64,000 nucleotides of DNA from Patescibacteria group bacterium (GCA_024239035.1 JANBVK010000001.1:423062-487061); one strand, 5' to 3'. Counted from the first letter of the stretch, positions 18,974 to 28,840 are shown. Notes: generated from the sequence alone by a model not told the origin. Program-made: numbers and translations.

Positions 18974-20101
18974 CTATTTTCCCCCGGAGGTTTCGGATTC
19001 TTGGTCTTTGCGGAGTTTGAGGATAATCCTTTTTTCCTCTGGTTTTACACCCTCAATGGTAAATGAGTATTCTTCTCCTAAAGAGAGCTCTTTTTTCATC
19101 TCGGGTACACCACCAAACTCAGAAACGTGGATTTGGCCTTGAAGTTGGTTATCAAGGTTTATAATCGCTCCGAACGAATGGAGAGCGTATACTTTCCCAG
19201 TAACCGTTTGGCCTTCGCGGTATTTTTCGGCAGAATCTTTCCAAGGATCCGGTTCCAGAGCTTTCAGTGAGAGTGAGATTTTGCCGTCTTTTATTTCTGT
19301 AATTTTTGCTTTTACGGCATCGTCAACATTTACTATCTCCTTCGGGTTGTTGACTATGCGATGATCTAATTCAGATACGTGGATTAATCCCTCTACTTCT
19401 GGATTGTCGGTGAACTTTATAAAAACCCCGAAATCAGCTACCCCGGAGACGATCCCCTCAATTACTTGCCCGACCTCATAATTCTTGGTTAACTCTTTAC
19501 TTGAAATCTCAGCAGCGGCTTTTTCGGATACAATAAGTTTGTTGGTACGTGGATTTATGTCTATTATTTTTACGGTTAACTCTTCACCGACTAATTTTTG
19601 GAGAGTCAGAGTTATTTGAGATCTATCTTCTGCGGAAACTCGCGGGTAGTGTTCACTTGAGAGTTGTGATACTGGAAGGAAAGCTTGAAGACCGTTTAAG
19701 TTGGCGATAAGGCCGCCTTTATTGAAACTCTTGGGGGTTACTTTCAGAACCTCGTCTGACTCATGTAATTCTTGAACTTCAGTCCAGGCTTTTTGTCTCC
19801 CAGCTTCGGTTAGTGATAATTCAGTGACTCCCTCTTCGTTGTCTATTTCAATTACTTTGCCATGAACCGGATCGCCAACCTTGAGACCTCTTACAATATC
19901 CCGCGCGTTTTGCATCTCCCGTCGGTAAACTACGCCAGTCCCATGCCTCCCTAAATCGACTACCATCATGTTACTGCCTTTTTCTAAAATACTTCCCTGG
20001 ACTAAATCACCCAACTTTAACATCGAGAACAAATCAGGTTTGTTTTTTATAAACTGTTTGAAGAATTGCTGAACGAAATTTTTATTATTTACTGAGTGCA
20101 T
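18974..20101 (-). CDS. rpsA: 30S ribosomal protein S1 (four S1 domains)
   Basis: Repeated S1 OB-fold units are visible (GDLVQGSIL..VDLG, GDPVHGKVIEI, GQVIEGIVSGVADFGVFIKF, GQTVTGKVYALHSFGAIINL). Confidence 0.8.
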   Translation of the reverse strand: MHSVNNKNFVQQFFKQFIKNKPDLFSMLKLGDLVQGSILEKGSNMMVVDLGRHGTGVVYRREMQNARDIVRGLKVGDPVHGKVIEIDNEEGVTELSLTEAGRQKAWTEVQELHESDEVLKVTPKSFNKGGLIANLNGLQAFLPVSQLSSEHYPRVSAEDRSQITLTLQKLVGEELTVKIIDINPRTNKLIVSEKAAAEISSKELTKNYEVGQVIEGIVSGVADFGVFIKFTDNPEVEGLIHVSELDHRIVNNPKEIVNVDDAVKAKITEIKDGKISLSLKALEPDPWKDSAEKYREGQTVTGKVYALHSFGAIINLDNQLQGQIHVSEFGGVPEMKKELSLGEEYSFTIEGVKPEEKRIILKLRKDQESETSGGK

Positions 20102-20241
20102 ATGAGCTCGTATGTTACCATAAGCCTTGTCGGAAAATCAACCTAGGAACTGATTTAAGCCAGATTTGTATTGAAATACAGAGGAAAGAAGCGTATAATA
20201 GATAATGGAGGTAGTTAGTTACTGCCTAGGCTTACTAGTGC

Positions 20242-20814
20242 ATGGTAATCACATACCACGGTGATAATTATTTTAAAATTCAATCAGGCAATATAACAGT
20301 TCTCATTGACCCGACTAGCGGGCGATCATTTCGGGGAGCGGATTTGATTTTAAATACCCTTAAACCATCTCCCGTTTCATCACCGATCGATGGAACTGAC
20401 TGTTTTTGGATTGATCATCAGGGCGAGTATGAAAGAAAGGGTATAGGAGTGCGGGGTTGGAGTGCAGGCAGCGAAGGCGGAAAAGAAAAAACTATCTACC
20501 GAGTAGTCTTTGATGAAATCAATCTATTGGTATTGGGTCACCTCACAAAAGAACCTGATAAAGAAGTAAGAGAATACCTGAGCGGCGCTGATGTCGTTTT
20601 TATCCCTGCCGGCGGTAATCCTTTCATTTCTCAATCGACTGCTGCGAAGTTAATAAGACAAATTGAGCCCAGTATTGTTATTCCCTCGCTTTTTAAAAAC
20701 CCGAGAAATTTTCTTAGAGAATTTAATCAACCGAAATGCGACTTTGAGGAGAAACTGGTTATAAAAAGTAAGAATTTAAGGCCTGGCACAATGGAAATTA
20801 AATGTTTAAAGTAA
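20242..20814 (+). CDS. MBL-fold (UPF0173-like) protein; metal-binding motif not evident
   Basis: The N-terminus ITYHGDNYFKIQSGNITVLIDP resembles MBL-fold hydrolases. A canonical HxHxDH motif is not seen. Confidence 0.35.
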   Translation: MVITYHGDNYFKIQSGNITVLIDPTSGRSFRGADLILNTLKPSPVSSPIDGTDCFWIDHQGEYERKGIGVRGWSAGSEGGKEKTIYRVVFDEINLLVLGHLTKEPDKEVREYLSGADVVFIPAGGNPFISQSTAAKLIRQIEPSIVIPSLFKNPRNFLREFNQPKCDFEEKLVIKSKNLRPGTMEIKCLK

Positions 20815-20836
20815 ACACTGTTTCTATAGGCGTACA

Positions 20837-21274
20837 ATGTCAGTGGACGTAAACAAAATTGTAAGAGACGCGAGGTCACGCTTGAGGAAACTGCAGAGGG
20901 CGGATGATAGAACTAAAAAACGCTATTTAGTGGTGGCATCAGCTGCAACAATGACGTTGGTAATCGGATTATGGTTTGTTTATCTTAATCTAAGTTTACC
21001 CCGAGTTAATGAGGCAGAGTCAGTCGTTACCGGCGTCGGTGTCCTGAATCAAGACGAGGAAACTGAAGAATCTTTTATAAAAGTGCTTGGTCGCGGCTTT
21101 GTGAACGTCGGGCAGGGATTTAATAAACAATTTGTGCGGTTTAGAGACAGTTTAGCGGAAGGTCTTGTTTTTTTGAATAACCGAATCGGAAAAGTTAAAG
21201 AGTTCTCTTTTCAGGGCGAAGAGTTGAATTTTACCTTTAAAGAAGAAGCTATTCCCCCGACGTCATTACCTTAA
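20837..21274 (+). CDS. hypothetical membrane-anchored protein
   Basis: 145 aa with a single transmembrane helix (LVVASAATMTLVIGLWFVYL). Confidence 0.35.
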   Translation: MSVDVNKIVRDARSRLRKLQRADDRTKKRYLVVASAATMTLVIGLWFVYLNLSLPRVNEAESVVTGVGVLNQDEETEESFIKVLGRGFVNVGQGFNKQFVRFRDSLAEGLVFLNNRIGKVKEFSFQGEELNFTFKEEAIPPTSLP

Positions 21275-21286
21275 TTTCAGAGCCTT

Positions 21287-23770
21287 ATGGTTAATAATAA
21301 ACCTAAAAATACGGAGAAGACGCGGGCCCGTGAAATTACCGAGGAATTGCGGGAGTCGTATTTAGATTACGCAATGTCCGTTATTGTCGCGCGAGCCCTA
21401 CCTGACGTGCGGGATGGTTTGAAACCGGTTCAGCGGCGTATTCTCTGGGCGATGTGGGATAGTAGTTTAACCCACAGTGCCAAATTTAGAAAATCGGCTA
21501 ATGTAGTCGGAGAAGTTTTGGGTAAATATCATCCTCATGGCGATACGGCGCTCTACGATGCTCTCGCACGCATGGCCCAAGATTTCTCTCTCCGTTACCC
21601 GCTAATTGATGGCCAGGGTAATTGGGGGTCGGTTGATGGTGATGCACCGGCAGCTATGCGATACACCGAAGCCCGCCTTTCTCGCATTGCCGAAGAACTC
21701 CTGGTTGATATTGATAAAGAAACCGTTGATTGGCAGCCAAATTATGACAATTCCCGCCTTGAGCCGAAATTTCTTCCTGCCAAACTGCCTAACCTTTTGT
21801 TAAACGGAACGGTGGGCATCGCTGTTGGTATGGCAACTTCTATCCCGCCGCATAACCTTCTCGAGATAGTTGACGCCCTTGTTTATTTAAATAATCACCC
21901 TGACGCAGGCATTAAAGATTTAATGAAATTTATCCCCGGACCTGATTTTCCTACCGGTGGTGTTATCTACGATCGCCGCTCGATTGAGGAAGCGTACACT
22001 ACCGGCCGGGGTTCGATTACCACTCGAGCGGTAGCGAATATTGAAGAGCGAAAAAGCGGCAGTTATCAAATAGTCATTACTGAAATTCCCTATCAAGTGA
22101 ATAAAGCGAACTTAATTATCGTGATTGCAAACCTGGTTCAGGATAAGAGGATAAACGGTATTCGGGATGTTCGCGATGAATCTGATCGGGAGGGGTTGCG
22201 GATAGTGATTGAATTAAAGAATGACAGTTCTCCCCAGAAAATTTTGAACCAACTCTACCAATATTCTGAATTGCAAAAAAATTTCTACTTCAACATGATC
22301 GCCTTAGTAGATGGTCTTCAACCCCAAACCCTTTCCTTAAAAGACGTTCTTAGCTACTACCTTGATCACCGTAGGATTGTTGTTCGCCGTCGCGCGGAAT
22401 TTGATCTAAAAAAAGCTGAAGAGCGAGCTCACATATTAACCGGGCTTGTTAGGGCGCTAAAGGCGATTGATAAAATAATTGCCACAATCAAGAAGTCGAA
22501 AGACAGAGAGACGGCTCAGAAAAATCTGGTCAAGAATTTTAAATTAACCGTCATCCAGGCTAATGCGATTTTGGAAATGAAACTTCAGGCTCTAGCTGCT
22601 CTTGAGCGGAAGAGGATTGAAGACGAACTCAAAAAGAAACAGGAGCTTATAAAAGAACTAAGACTTATTTTGAAAGGTACCAAGAGAATAGCCGGTATTG
22701 TCGAGGATGAGTTTTTAGAATTGAAAAAGAATTTCCCGGAATCGCGTAGAACGAAATTAGTGGCGACAGGCCTTAAAGAATTTCGCGAAGAAGACTTGAT
22801 CCCGGAGGAAGAAATTATTATCACTTTAACTCAAGGAGGTTACATTAAGAGAATGTCTCCTACCTCTTTCCGCGCTCAAAAAAGGGGCGGTAAAGGATTA
22901 ATCGGTTTTGAGTTGAGAGAAGAAGACGTTATTAGCCAGTTTATATCAGCCAGTACGCACGACAACATCCTTTTCTTTACTGACCGAGGGAAAGTTTTCC
23001 AAACTAAAGTGTATGAAATTCCGACTGCGTCGCGAACGGCTAAAGGTAAGTCCATTTATAACTTCTTGGAAATCCCGACGAACGAAAAAGTAAGCGCGGT
23101 TGTCACCTATGGGAATAAATCGCAAAGCCGAGGTGTTAGCGCTCCGCGGTATTTAGTAATGGCGACTACCAAGGGATTAATTAAAAAAACGCCGCTTGAA
23201 GACTTTAAAAATGTTCGGCGAACGGGGATTATCGCAATTAGGTTAAGGTCAGACGATCTCCTAAAGTGGGTGAAGTTATCCTCGGGTGATGACCAGATTG
23301 TTTTGGTCACTGCTCTTGGTCAGGCAATTCGCTTTAAAGAGAAGGAAGTGAGGTGGATGAGTCGGGCGGCGGCCGGAGTTCAGGCAATTCGCCTAAAGAA
23401 AGGAGATTCTGTCACCAGTCTTGGTATAATAAAAGCGGTAGAACCTAATAAGCCAAAAGCCAAAAGCCACAAGCTTCTAGCAGTGATGGCAAATGGTTTT
23501 GCCAAACAGACCCCTCTTAAAGAATATAAATTACAGAGAAGGGGCGGCTCAGGCATCAAGACCGCTAAGGTAACGGATAAAACCGGTCTTGTTATTGCGG
23601 CTAAGGTATTATTAGACGAAGAAATGGAAGAAATTCTGGTGTTTTCTTCAAAGGGTCAGGCTCTCCGGACAAAAATTAAAAATATACGTACAGTCAGTAG
23701 ATCCACTCAAGGAGTGAGAATTATGAATTTGAAGGCCGGAGACGAACTTGTAGGTATTGTCTGCTTATAA
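21287..23770 (+). CDS. gyrA: DNA gyrase subunit A
   Basis: [25 protein letters not shown] is present. The active-site Tyr region is visible. The QRDR-like segment [12 protein letters not shown] is present. Repeated C-terminal beta-pinwheel blades are visible. Confidence 0.85.
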   Translation: MVNNKPKNTEKTRAREITEELRESYLDYAMSVIVARALPDVRDGLKPVQRRILWAMWDSSLTHSAKFRKSANVVGEVLGKYHPHGDTALYDALARMAQDFSLRYPLIDGQGNWGSVDGDAPAAMRYTEARLSRIAEELLVDIDKETVDWQPNYDNSRLEPKFLPAKLPNLLLNGTVGIAVGMATSIPPHNLLEIVDALVYLNNHPDAGIKDLMKFIPGPDFPTGGVIYDRRSIEEAYTTGRGSITTRAVANIEERKSGSYQIVITEIPYQVNKANLIIVIANLVQDKRINGIRDVRDESDREGLRIVIELKNDSSPQKILNQLYQYSELQKNFYFNMIALVDGLQPQTLSLKDVLSYYLDHRRIVVRRRAEFDLKKAEERAHILTGLVRALKAIDKIIATIKKSKDRETAQKNLVKNFKLTVIQANAILEMKLQALAALERKRIEDELKKKQELIKELRLILKGTKRIAGIVEDEFLELKKNFPESRRTKLVATGLKEFREEDLIPEEEIIITLTQGGYIKRMSPTSFRAQKRGGKGLIGFELREEDVISQFISASTHDNILFFTDRGKVFQTKVYEIPTASRTAKGKSIYNFLEIPTNEKVSAVVTYGNKSQSRGVSAPRYLVMATTKGLIKKTPLEDFKNVRRTGIIAIRLRSDDLLKWVKLSSGDDQIVLVTALGQAIRFKEKEVRWMSRAAAGVQAIRLKKGDSVTSLGIIKAVEPNKPKAKSHKLLAVMANGFAKQTPLKEYKLQRRGGSGIKTAKVTDKTGLVIAAKVLLDEEMEEILVFSSKGQALRTKIKNIRTVSRSTQGVRIMNLKAGDELVGIVCL

Positions 23771-23781
23771 GGGGAAAAGAT

Positions 23782-25083
23782 ATGAATCTAACCAAACCTC
23801 AACTCATTATTATTGGAGCAGTCGGCCTCGTGGTTCTTGTTCTTGTTTTAGTCTTTACTGGTATCTTGCCGGGTCTTAAGAATGAAAAGGGTAAAATTAG
23901 AGCTAATTTAGAATTTTGGGGAGTGTTTGATACCCTCCCGGATTATGAAACAGCTGTTGGAAACTTCAAGAAAATATATCCAGATGTTACGGTAAACTAC
24001 CGAGGTTTTAGCAATGTCAAGGAATACGAGACAACTCTACTGGATAGTCTCGCCGCGGGTAAAGGACCCGATATTTTTATGATTAGAAACAGGTCCTTAC
24101 CCAGGGAGATAAATAAAATTGTATCGGTTCCTCCGACCAAACTTTCTCTTATCCAGCTCCGTAATCTCTTTCCTCAAGTGGTGGAAGCTGACTTCGCTCC
24201 TCAGGGAGCTATTTATGCCCTCCCTCTTTCTTTAGATACTCTGGCTTTGATCTACAATCAGGATTTCTTTAACCAAGCAGCTATTATTGCTCCTCCCGAG
24301 ACGTGGGAGGATTTTGAGAGTCTAATTCCTAAACTTATCAAACGGGACCCGGAAGAAAACATTACTCGGGCAGCAGCGGCAATAGGTGGTTCTCTTAAGA
24401 CCATTGACCGGGCAGGGGACATTTTGAGCATTTTGATGCTTCAAACCGGTGCTAAGATGGTAAGTGATGATTTTGGGGCGGCTACCTTTGCCTCTAACGA
24501 AGGATTGAATGCTTTAAACTTCTACGTTAAATTCGCTGACCCCGAATCACAGGCCTACACTTGGGACGATTCTTTCCCCGGCGCCCTTGACGCTTTCAGT
24601 GAGGAGTTTGTGGTAATGATTTTTGACTACGCCTCCGCCATCCCCGAGATTAAATCAAAAAATCCTTTCATAAATTTTGCCGTTAGCCCTCTCCCTCAAC
24701 CGGAGTCAGCCGATAGGTCAGTTGCATACCCCGACTACTGGGGATATGCCGTCTCCCGCCAAGCCGGAAGGTATCAGAATATAGCTTGGGACTTTGTTAT
24801 CGCGCTTACAACCAAAACCAATAATGCCAGAGGTTATTTTAACAAAACCCGGAAACCGCCGGCGCTAAGAACACTCATTAACGAACGCCTGAACGATCCG
24901 GATTTGGACGTTTTTGTAAGACAAGCGTTAGTTGCCCGTTCGTGGCCCCAGATTGATCCCGATGGCATAGAACAAATTTTTTCCGGGATGATTGAATCGG
25001 TAGTTACCGGAGGTTCGTCCGTGCGGGACGCTATAGAGCAAGCCGAGGAGAGCGTGACGAGGCTTATGCAGAGGCGTTTGTAG
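23782..25083 (+). CDS. extracellular solute-binding protein (ABC transporter substrate-binding family 1-like), N-terminal membrane anchor
   Basis: N-terminal transmembrane segment, then LEFWGVFDTLPDYETAVGNFKKIYPDVTV, typical of sugar-type substrate-binding proteins. 433 aa. Confidence 0.5.
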   Translation: MNLTKPQLIIIGAVGLVVLVLVLVFTGILPGLKNEKGKIRANLEFWGVFDTLPDYETAVGNFKKIYPDVTVNYRGFSNVKEYETTLLDSLAAGKGPDIFMIRNRSLPREINKIVSVPPTKLSLIQLRNLFPQVVEADFAPQGAIYALPLSLDTLALIYNQDFFNQAAIIAPPETWEDFESLIPKLIKRDPEENITRAAAAIGGSLKTIDRAGDILSILMLQTGAKMVSDDFGAATFASNEGLNALNFYVKFADPESQAYTWDDSFPGALDAFSEEFVVMIFDYASAIPEIKSKNPFINFAVSPLPQPESADRSVAYPDYWGYAVSRQAGRYQNIAWDFVIALTTKTNNARGYFNKTRKPPALRTLINERLNDPDLDVFVRQALVARSWPQIDPDGIEQIFSGMIESVVTGGSSVRDAIEQAEESVTRLMQRRL

Positions 25084-25088
25084 AGAAC

Positions 25089-25499
25089 ATGAAATACATA
25101 TTGATAATATTTATTACGCTCTTTATTGTCTTCCCTCTTTTTCCAGGAGTTGCTTCTGCTCAACTGAACATTTGGGAAGACACAGGACAGCCGGGAAGAG
25201 CGACGTGTAATATAGACGGACCTTGTACTTTTTGTGACGCGCTCAAAGTTACTTCAAACGTTGTCCAACTCCTTTTCCAAGTAGCAATACCGATTGCGGT
25301 CGCGATGATTATATATGGTGCCCTCCGCTTAATGTTTGCCGGCGGATCTCAAGAACGGATAACCCAGAGCAGGAAGATTATGACAAGCGCTGTAATTGGT
25401 TTGATTATCGCCCTTAGCGCCTGGATTATTGTAAATACCCTGCTTCACGTTTTAACCGGTAATCCCAGTTTCCCCTGGAATGAGATTACATGTTCTTGA
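25089..25499 (+). CDS. T4SS pilin-like protein (VirB2/TrbC-type topology), paralog 1
   Basis: Signal peptide ending ..PGVASA|Q. Short Cys-containing segment (CNIDGPCTFCD). Two hydrophobic helices follow (VAIPIAVAMIIYGALRLMFAGG ... AVIGLIIALSAWIIV). 136 aa. Confidence 0.5.
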   Translation: MKYILIIFITLFIVFPLFPGVASAQLNIWEDTGQPGRATCNIDGPCTFCDALKVTSNVVQLLFQVAIPIAVAMIIYGALRLMFAGGSQERITQSRKIMTSAVIGLIIALSAWIIVNTLLHVLTGNPSFPWNEITCS

Positions 25500-25502
25500 A
25501 AA

Positions 25503-25925
25503 GTGAGCTGTTATAATAATTATATGAAACTTTTTGGATTATTTATTGTTTCTCTTGTTGTCTTCGCTCTTGTTTTTTCCGCACCGCTTGCTTTTGCGCA
25601 GGTAGGTACTGGTGGTCCTACCGTTGGAACAGGGAGTGGAGGTTGTGGAGAAGGATTATTACCAAATCCTCTAGGAGGAGAAACATGCACCATTCCCGAA
25701 TTATTAGAGAGAATCGTTGGTTTTCTCGTCCTTATTGCCTCGCCGATTGCAGCGGGAATGATTATTTATGGTGCATTTCAGATACTTTTTGCCGCCGGTG
25801 ACCCAGAAAAGTTTAAGATAGGAAAACGCACAATTCTTTACACAATTGTTGCCTATGCTATAATATTCATCGGTTGGGGAATTGTAAGTATTATTGAAGA
25901 CGTATTAGGAGGAGGAGGATTATAA
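25503..25925 (+). CDS. T4SS pilin-like protein, paralog 2
   Basis: Signal peptide ..PLAFA|Q. Cys-containing Gly-rich segment. Two hydrophobic helices with the shared motif IASPIAAGMIIYGAFQILFAAG. Confidence 0.5.
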   Translation: MSCYNNYMKLFGLFIVSLVVFALVFSAPLAFAQVGTGGPTVGTGSGGCGEGLLPNPLGGETCTIPELLERIVGFLVLIASPIAAGMIIYGAFQILFAAGDPEKFKIGKRTILYTIVAYAIIFIGWGIVSIIEDVLGGGGL

Positions 25926-25974
25926 AGAGCCCCAACTCGATATGGTATAATAATCCCAGAAAAGGTCGAAGTTT

Positions 25975-26349
25975 TTGTTCACGACTAGTTATATGTCTAT
26001 TACGTCTATTAAAAAAATCGCTTTGTTTCTACCATTAATTATAATGGTAGCCCTACCTTTAGTAGGATTTGCCCAACCAGCAGAAGCTCCCATAACGGAT
26101 ATTGCAGGAGTTGAGAGCTTGCTAAACAGGATTCTTAACATTGTTTTCGTCATCTTCTTTATTATTGCCGTACTCTTTATTATTTTAGCTGCGTTCGGTT
26201 ATTTAACCGCTGGCGGGGATGATGAAAAGATAAAATCAGCAAAACAAAAGTTAATCTATGCAATTGTGGCTATTGTGGTTGCGCTCTTGGCTACGGGAAT
26301 AGATAATATTGTAGAAGGTATTTTGGAGGGAGGAGAACTTACCCGATAA
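25975..26349 (+). CDS. T4SS pilin-like protein, paralog 3
   Basis: Signal peptide ..VGFA|QP. Two hydrophobic helices (IVFVIFFIIAVLFIILAAFGYLTAGG ... LIYAIVAIVVALLATG). Same architecture as the two upstream paralogs. Confidence 0.5.
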   Translation: MFTTSYMSITSIKKIALFLPLIIMVALPLVGFAQPAEAPITDIAGVESLLNRILNIVFVIFFIIAVLFIILAAFGYLTAGGDDEKIKSAKQKLIYAIVAIVVALLATGIDNIVEGILEGGELTR

Positions 26350-26373
26350 GAGAGTTAGGAATTAATACTTAAA

Positions 26374-26408
26374 ACCCGCCAAGCATTCTGCTTGGCGGGT
26401 TTTGGTTT
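26374..26408 (+). terminator. rho-independent terminator of the pilin-like gene triplet
   Basis: Hairpin acccgccaagc-attc-tgcttggcgggt followed by a T-run (TTTGGTTT). Confidence 0.7.
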
Positions 26409-26429
26409 ACAAGGAAGATACGGCTCCCG

Positions 26430-26468
26430 AGAAATAAAACACCCCGCAAGACATTCGCCTTGCGGGGC
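26430..26468 (-). terminator. rho-independent terminator of the SPFH/NfeD-like operon
   Basis: Hairpin ccccgcaag / cttgcgggg. On the minus strand it is followed by a T-rich tract. Confidence 0.6.
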
Positions 26469-26474
26469 TTACTA

Positions 26475-27335
26475 CTAACTACCTTTTGGTAAAGCTGATA
26501 TGGTCACCGAAGTGGTTACCCCGCTTTTTGAGTGGATATCCACAGCGAATCCGGGAATTACATCCACAGCGCTCTCGCCGTCGCGGACAAGTTCCCCGTT
26601 GATATACGCTTCCCCATCAGGCGCTATATCAAACACCCTACCATCGAGAAGACGCATTTCGATGGTATCGTCGGGTATGGTTTGCAACCAGTGGCGGAAA
26701 GGGATAGCTACCCTAACCCACACACTGTCAACCTCAATCGTCTGGGGGGTTGATGTAGCAGAAACCGTTCTCGCTGTCGCTGGTTGTGCTGCTGCTGGCT
26801 GTGCGTCGCCGCTGAACCACCCTTTCCACTTCTCAAACCACCCTTCAGTATTTACTCCGCTCACCATAAGAATGACGATTAGACTGAAGGCGAGGCCTGC
26901 TGATCCTTTTCCTACAGTCCCGGCATCGATTGGTATGCCGGTTGGTTTGAACAATGTTACAATGACCGCAGGTAGGGGGACAAGGAAAAGGGATACGGTT
27001 GAAAGAATAACCGCAGCGGCCAATTTCGATACCCCCATAAAATCAGCTAACCTTCCAAGGTTGGTGTAGCCGAGCCACCCTAGATACAAGTAGAAGCCAA
27101 GCAGCAGGATGAAGATAGCTAGCCCGCTTACTAACTTGTTTTCGAGGAAACTCTTGAGCCTTTCTGCTGGTAGTTTCCATGCTGCTATCCCAATAGCGAT
27201 AGCAACTGCCACTGGTAACCAGAAGAATGATAGGATTGTAAAGAGCGGCTTGAAAACCAACCATAGGAGTCCGACGAGGATGCCGGCCGCCGGTATAGCT
27301 AAGAGCCAACGTCGGCCTTTAGTGACATGAGTCAC
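26475..27335 (-). CDS. polytopic membrane protein with a C-terminal soluble beta-rich domain (possible NfeD-like partner of the SPFH protein)
   Basis: Five hydrophobic helices followed by a soluble domain of about 130 aa. It sits immediately downstream of the SPFH gene in the same operon, the usual SPFH-NfeD arrangement. GC content is higher than the neighbouring sequence. Confidence 0.3.
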   Translation of the reverse strand: MTHVTKGRRWLLAIPAAGILVGLLWLVFKPLFTILSFFWLPVAVAIAIGIAAWKLPAERLKSFLENKLVSGLAIFILLLGFYLYLGWLGYTNLGRLADFMGVSKLAAAVILSTVSLFLVPLPAVIVTLFKPTGIPIDAGTVGKGSAGLAFSLIVILMVSGVNTEGWFEKWKGWFSGDAQPAAAQPATARTVSATSTPQTIEVDSVWVRVAIPFRHWLQTIPDDTIEMRLLDGRVFDIAPDGEAYINGELVRDGESAVDVIPGFAVDIHSKSGVTTSVTISALPKGS

Positions 27336-27343
27336 GATTCACC

Positions 27344-28330
27344 TCACTTTCGTTCCAGAAGTTCTTGGAGTTTGCCCAGGAAGCTTTCAGCTTCGCTTGG
27401 TGCGGCCGTACTTTCTGCCTCTTTCCTCTCTTGCCGTCGGGTTTCCAACCGCTCTCGGTTGATGTCCCGAAGCGTTGTCGCCACTGTTGAAACCGACTGG
27501 GCAATAGCCGCTGGCATGTTTCCGCGAAGCGGTTCTGACACCGCTTGCGCTACCGAGCCAGCCTCGTGAGCTTTAGCGTCAGCCAGTTCCCTAATACGGG
27601 AAGCTTCGGACTGAACCATCTCATTGTAGTCGTAGACGTCAATGCCGACGACTTCGTAACCGCTGTGGAACTCCATAGGCTCACCAGGAGCGATTTCCAC
27701 TAGCACTGGTTTTTTGAGCTTTTCGTTGGTTTTTCTCTGTACCTCCTGTGCTACATCATCTTCTGATTCGAGGAGTTGTTTAAATGTCCTTTTGCCCAGT
27801 TCAGCCCTCAATGAGGCAAAAGTTGTTGACTCAATGTCTGCCCTTGATTCGGGTGTGTTGAGCCCACCGTAAGAGCGCAGAGCGTGATAGGGGACAGTGA
27901 GACGGAAGAACACCCTCATAAAGACCTCGATGGCTATCTTCCTATCCCCATCAATGTAGTAGAGTTTTTGCTTTTCGTTCTCTTCGTTGTCGTGCAGACG
28001 TTGCCGTGCAGTGGTTTCGTGCTCAATAGAGTGAAATGGCCAGAAAGTAAGCCACCAGCCCTTCTTGAGTTTACGGATGGCTCTTCCGAAGAGGAAGAGG
28101 ATGGCTACTTCCGGCTCCCTGACGATGTAGAGAGCGATGAGGAAATAGAGAAAGGCGAGAGAGATGAAGATGAGCGCCTGAGGTCCTTTGCCGAAAAAGG
28201 CAAGGATGAGACCGAGGAATAGGATTGAGAGAAAAACAACCCAACCAATCCACAGCGGACCTTCGGGTAGGTCTTCTTCGGGCGAGGATGGGGACTGAGG
28301 AACGAGGTTCTTTAGGAATTCCCAGTTCAT
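27344..28330 (-). CDS. SPFH/band 7 (stomatin/prohibitin-like) membrane protein
   Basis: N-terminal transmembrane helices, then an SPFH core (EPEVAILFLFGRAIRKLKKGWWLTFWPF) and a long C-terminal coiled-coil Ala/Glu-rich tail. Confidence 0.55.
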   Translation of the reverse strand: MNWEFLKNLVPQSPSSPEEDLPEGPLWIGWVVFLSILFLGLILAFFGKGPQALIFISLAFLYFLIALYIVREPEVAILFLFGRAIRKLKKGWWLTFWPFHSIEHETTARQRLHDNEENEKQKLYYIDGDRKIAIEVFMRVFFRLTVPYHALRSYGGLNTPESRADIESTTFASLRAELGKRTFKQLLESEDDVAQEVQRKTNEKLKKPVLVEIAPGEPMEFHSGYEVVGIDVYDYNEMVQSEASRIRELADAKAHEAGSVAQAVSEPLRGNMPAAIAQSVSTVATTLRDINRERLETRRQERKEAESTAAPSEAESFLGKLQELLERK

Positions 28331-28392
28331 ATTGTGCTCCTACCCATAGGGCGTATAGTGTCAGTGATATTCAAATGCCAAATTTCTATTTT

Positions 28393-28427
28393 ATAATATA
28401 TCATAGAGTATATAGTTTGTCAAATTA
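28393..28427 (-). promoter_or_regulatory. promoter cassette copy 1 (TTGACA-17-TATATT on the minus strand) driving the SPFH operon
   Basis: 35-bp block ATAATATATCATAGAGTATATAGTTTGTCAAATTA. The same block recurs at 28806 and 29531. Read on the minus strand it is TTGACA, a 17-nt spacer, then TATATT. Confidence 0.65.
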
Positions 28428-28446
28428 CAGTTTTTAGTAACAGTTT

Positions 28447-28487
28447 ATGAAAAAAGTAACACCATCAGTTTATGCTGATGGTGTTAC
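28447..28487 (-). terminator. terminator of the Cys-rich miniprotein gene
   Basis: Hairpin gtaacaccatcag / ctgatggtgttac flanked by A/T runs. On the minus strand it is followed by TTTTTT. Confidence 0.6.
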
Positions 28488-28519
28488 ATTAAAAAAAACG
28501 CGTATGCGGTGTAAAGCAT

Positions 28520-28744
28520 TTAAACCCAACCGCTTCCGCCGCACGCGCTGCACCGTCCATTGCCACCGCAACCACTACACTTTCCACCGCCTCGGCAATG
28601 CTGACAAGTCTCCTTCGGCATCCAAGGCTTGTGGATATTACCTTCCCCCCTGCAGTTTATGCAGATGCCTTTTCCATAACACTTGAAGCATTTTCCTTTT
28701 CCTCCTCTGCACAATTGGCACTCTTTTTTTTCGTGCTGAGACAT
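28520..28744 (-). CDS. 74-aa cysteine-rich miniprotein with six DnaJ-type CxxCxGxG zinc-finger repeats
   Basis: Sequence MSQHEKKECQLCRGGKGKCFKCYGKGICINCRGEGN...CQHCRGGGKCSGCGGNGRCSACGGSG, giving six CxxC(x)G(x)G units. It has its own copy of the promoter cassette and its own terminator. Confidence 0.6.
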   Translation of the reverse strand: MSQHEKKECQLCRGGKGKCFKCYGKGICINCRGEGNIHKPWMPKETCQHCRGGGKCSGCGGNGRCSACGGSGWV

Positions 28745-28805
28745 GATTGTCCTCTCTGCTTATAGGGCTCGTGTTTTCAGAACTTGGAACTTAAGTTTCT
28801 AATTC

Positions 28806-28840
28806 ATAATATATCATAGAGCATATAGTTTGTCAAATTA
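28806..28840 (-). promoter_or_regulatory. promoter cassette copy 2 (one mismatch) driving the Cys-rich miniprotein gene
   Basis: Sequence ATAATATATCATAGAGCATATAGTTTGTCAAATTA. Confidence 0.65.

Noticed and set aside
28447-28686. 79-aa plus-strand ORF overlapping the Cys-rich miniprotein gene
   Set aside because: Its first 40 nt form the terminator hairpin of the opposite-strand gene. The translation has no pattern, whereas the minus-strand ORF shows six regular CxxCxGxG repeats and has a promoter cassette.
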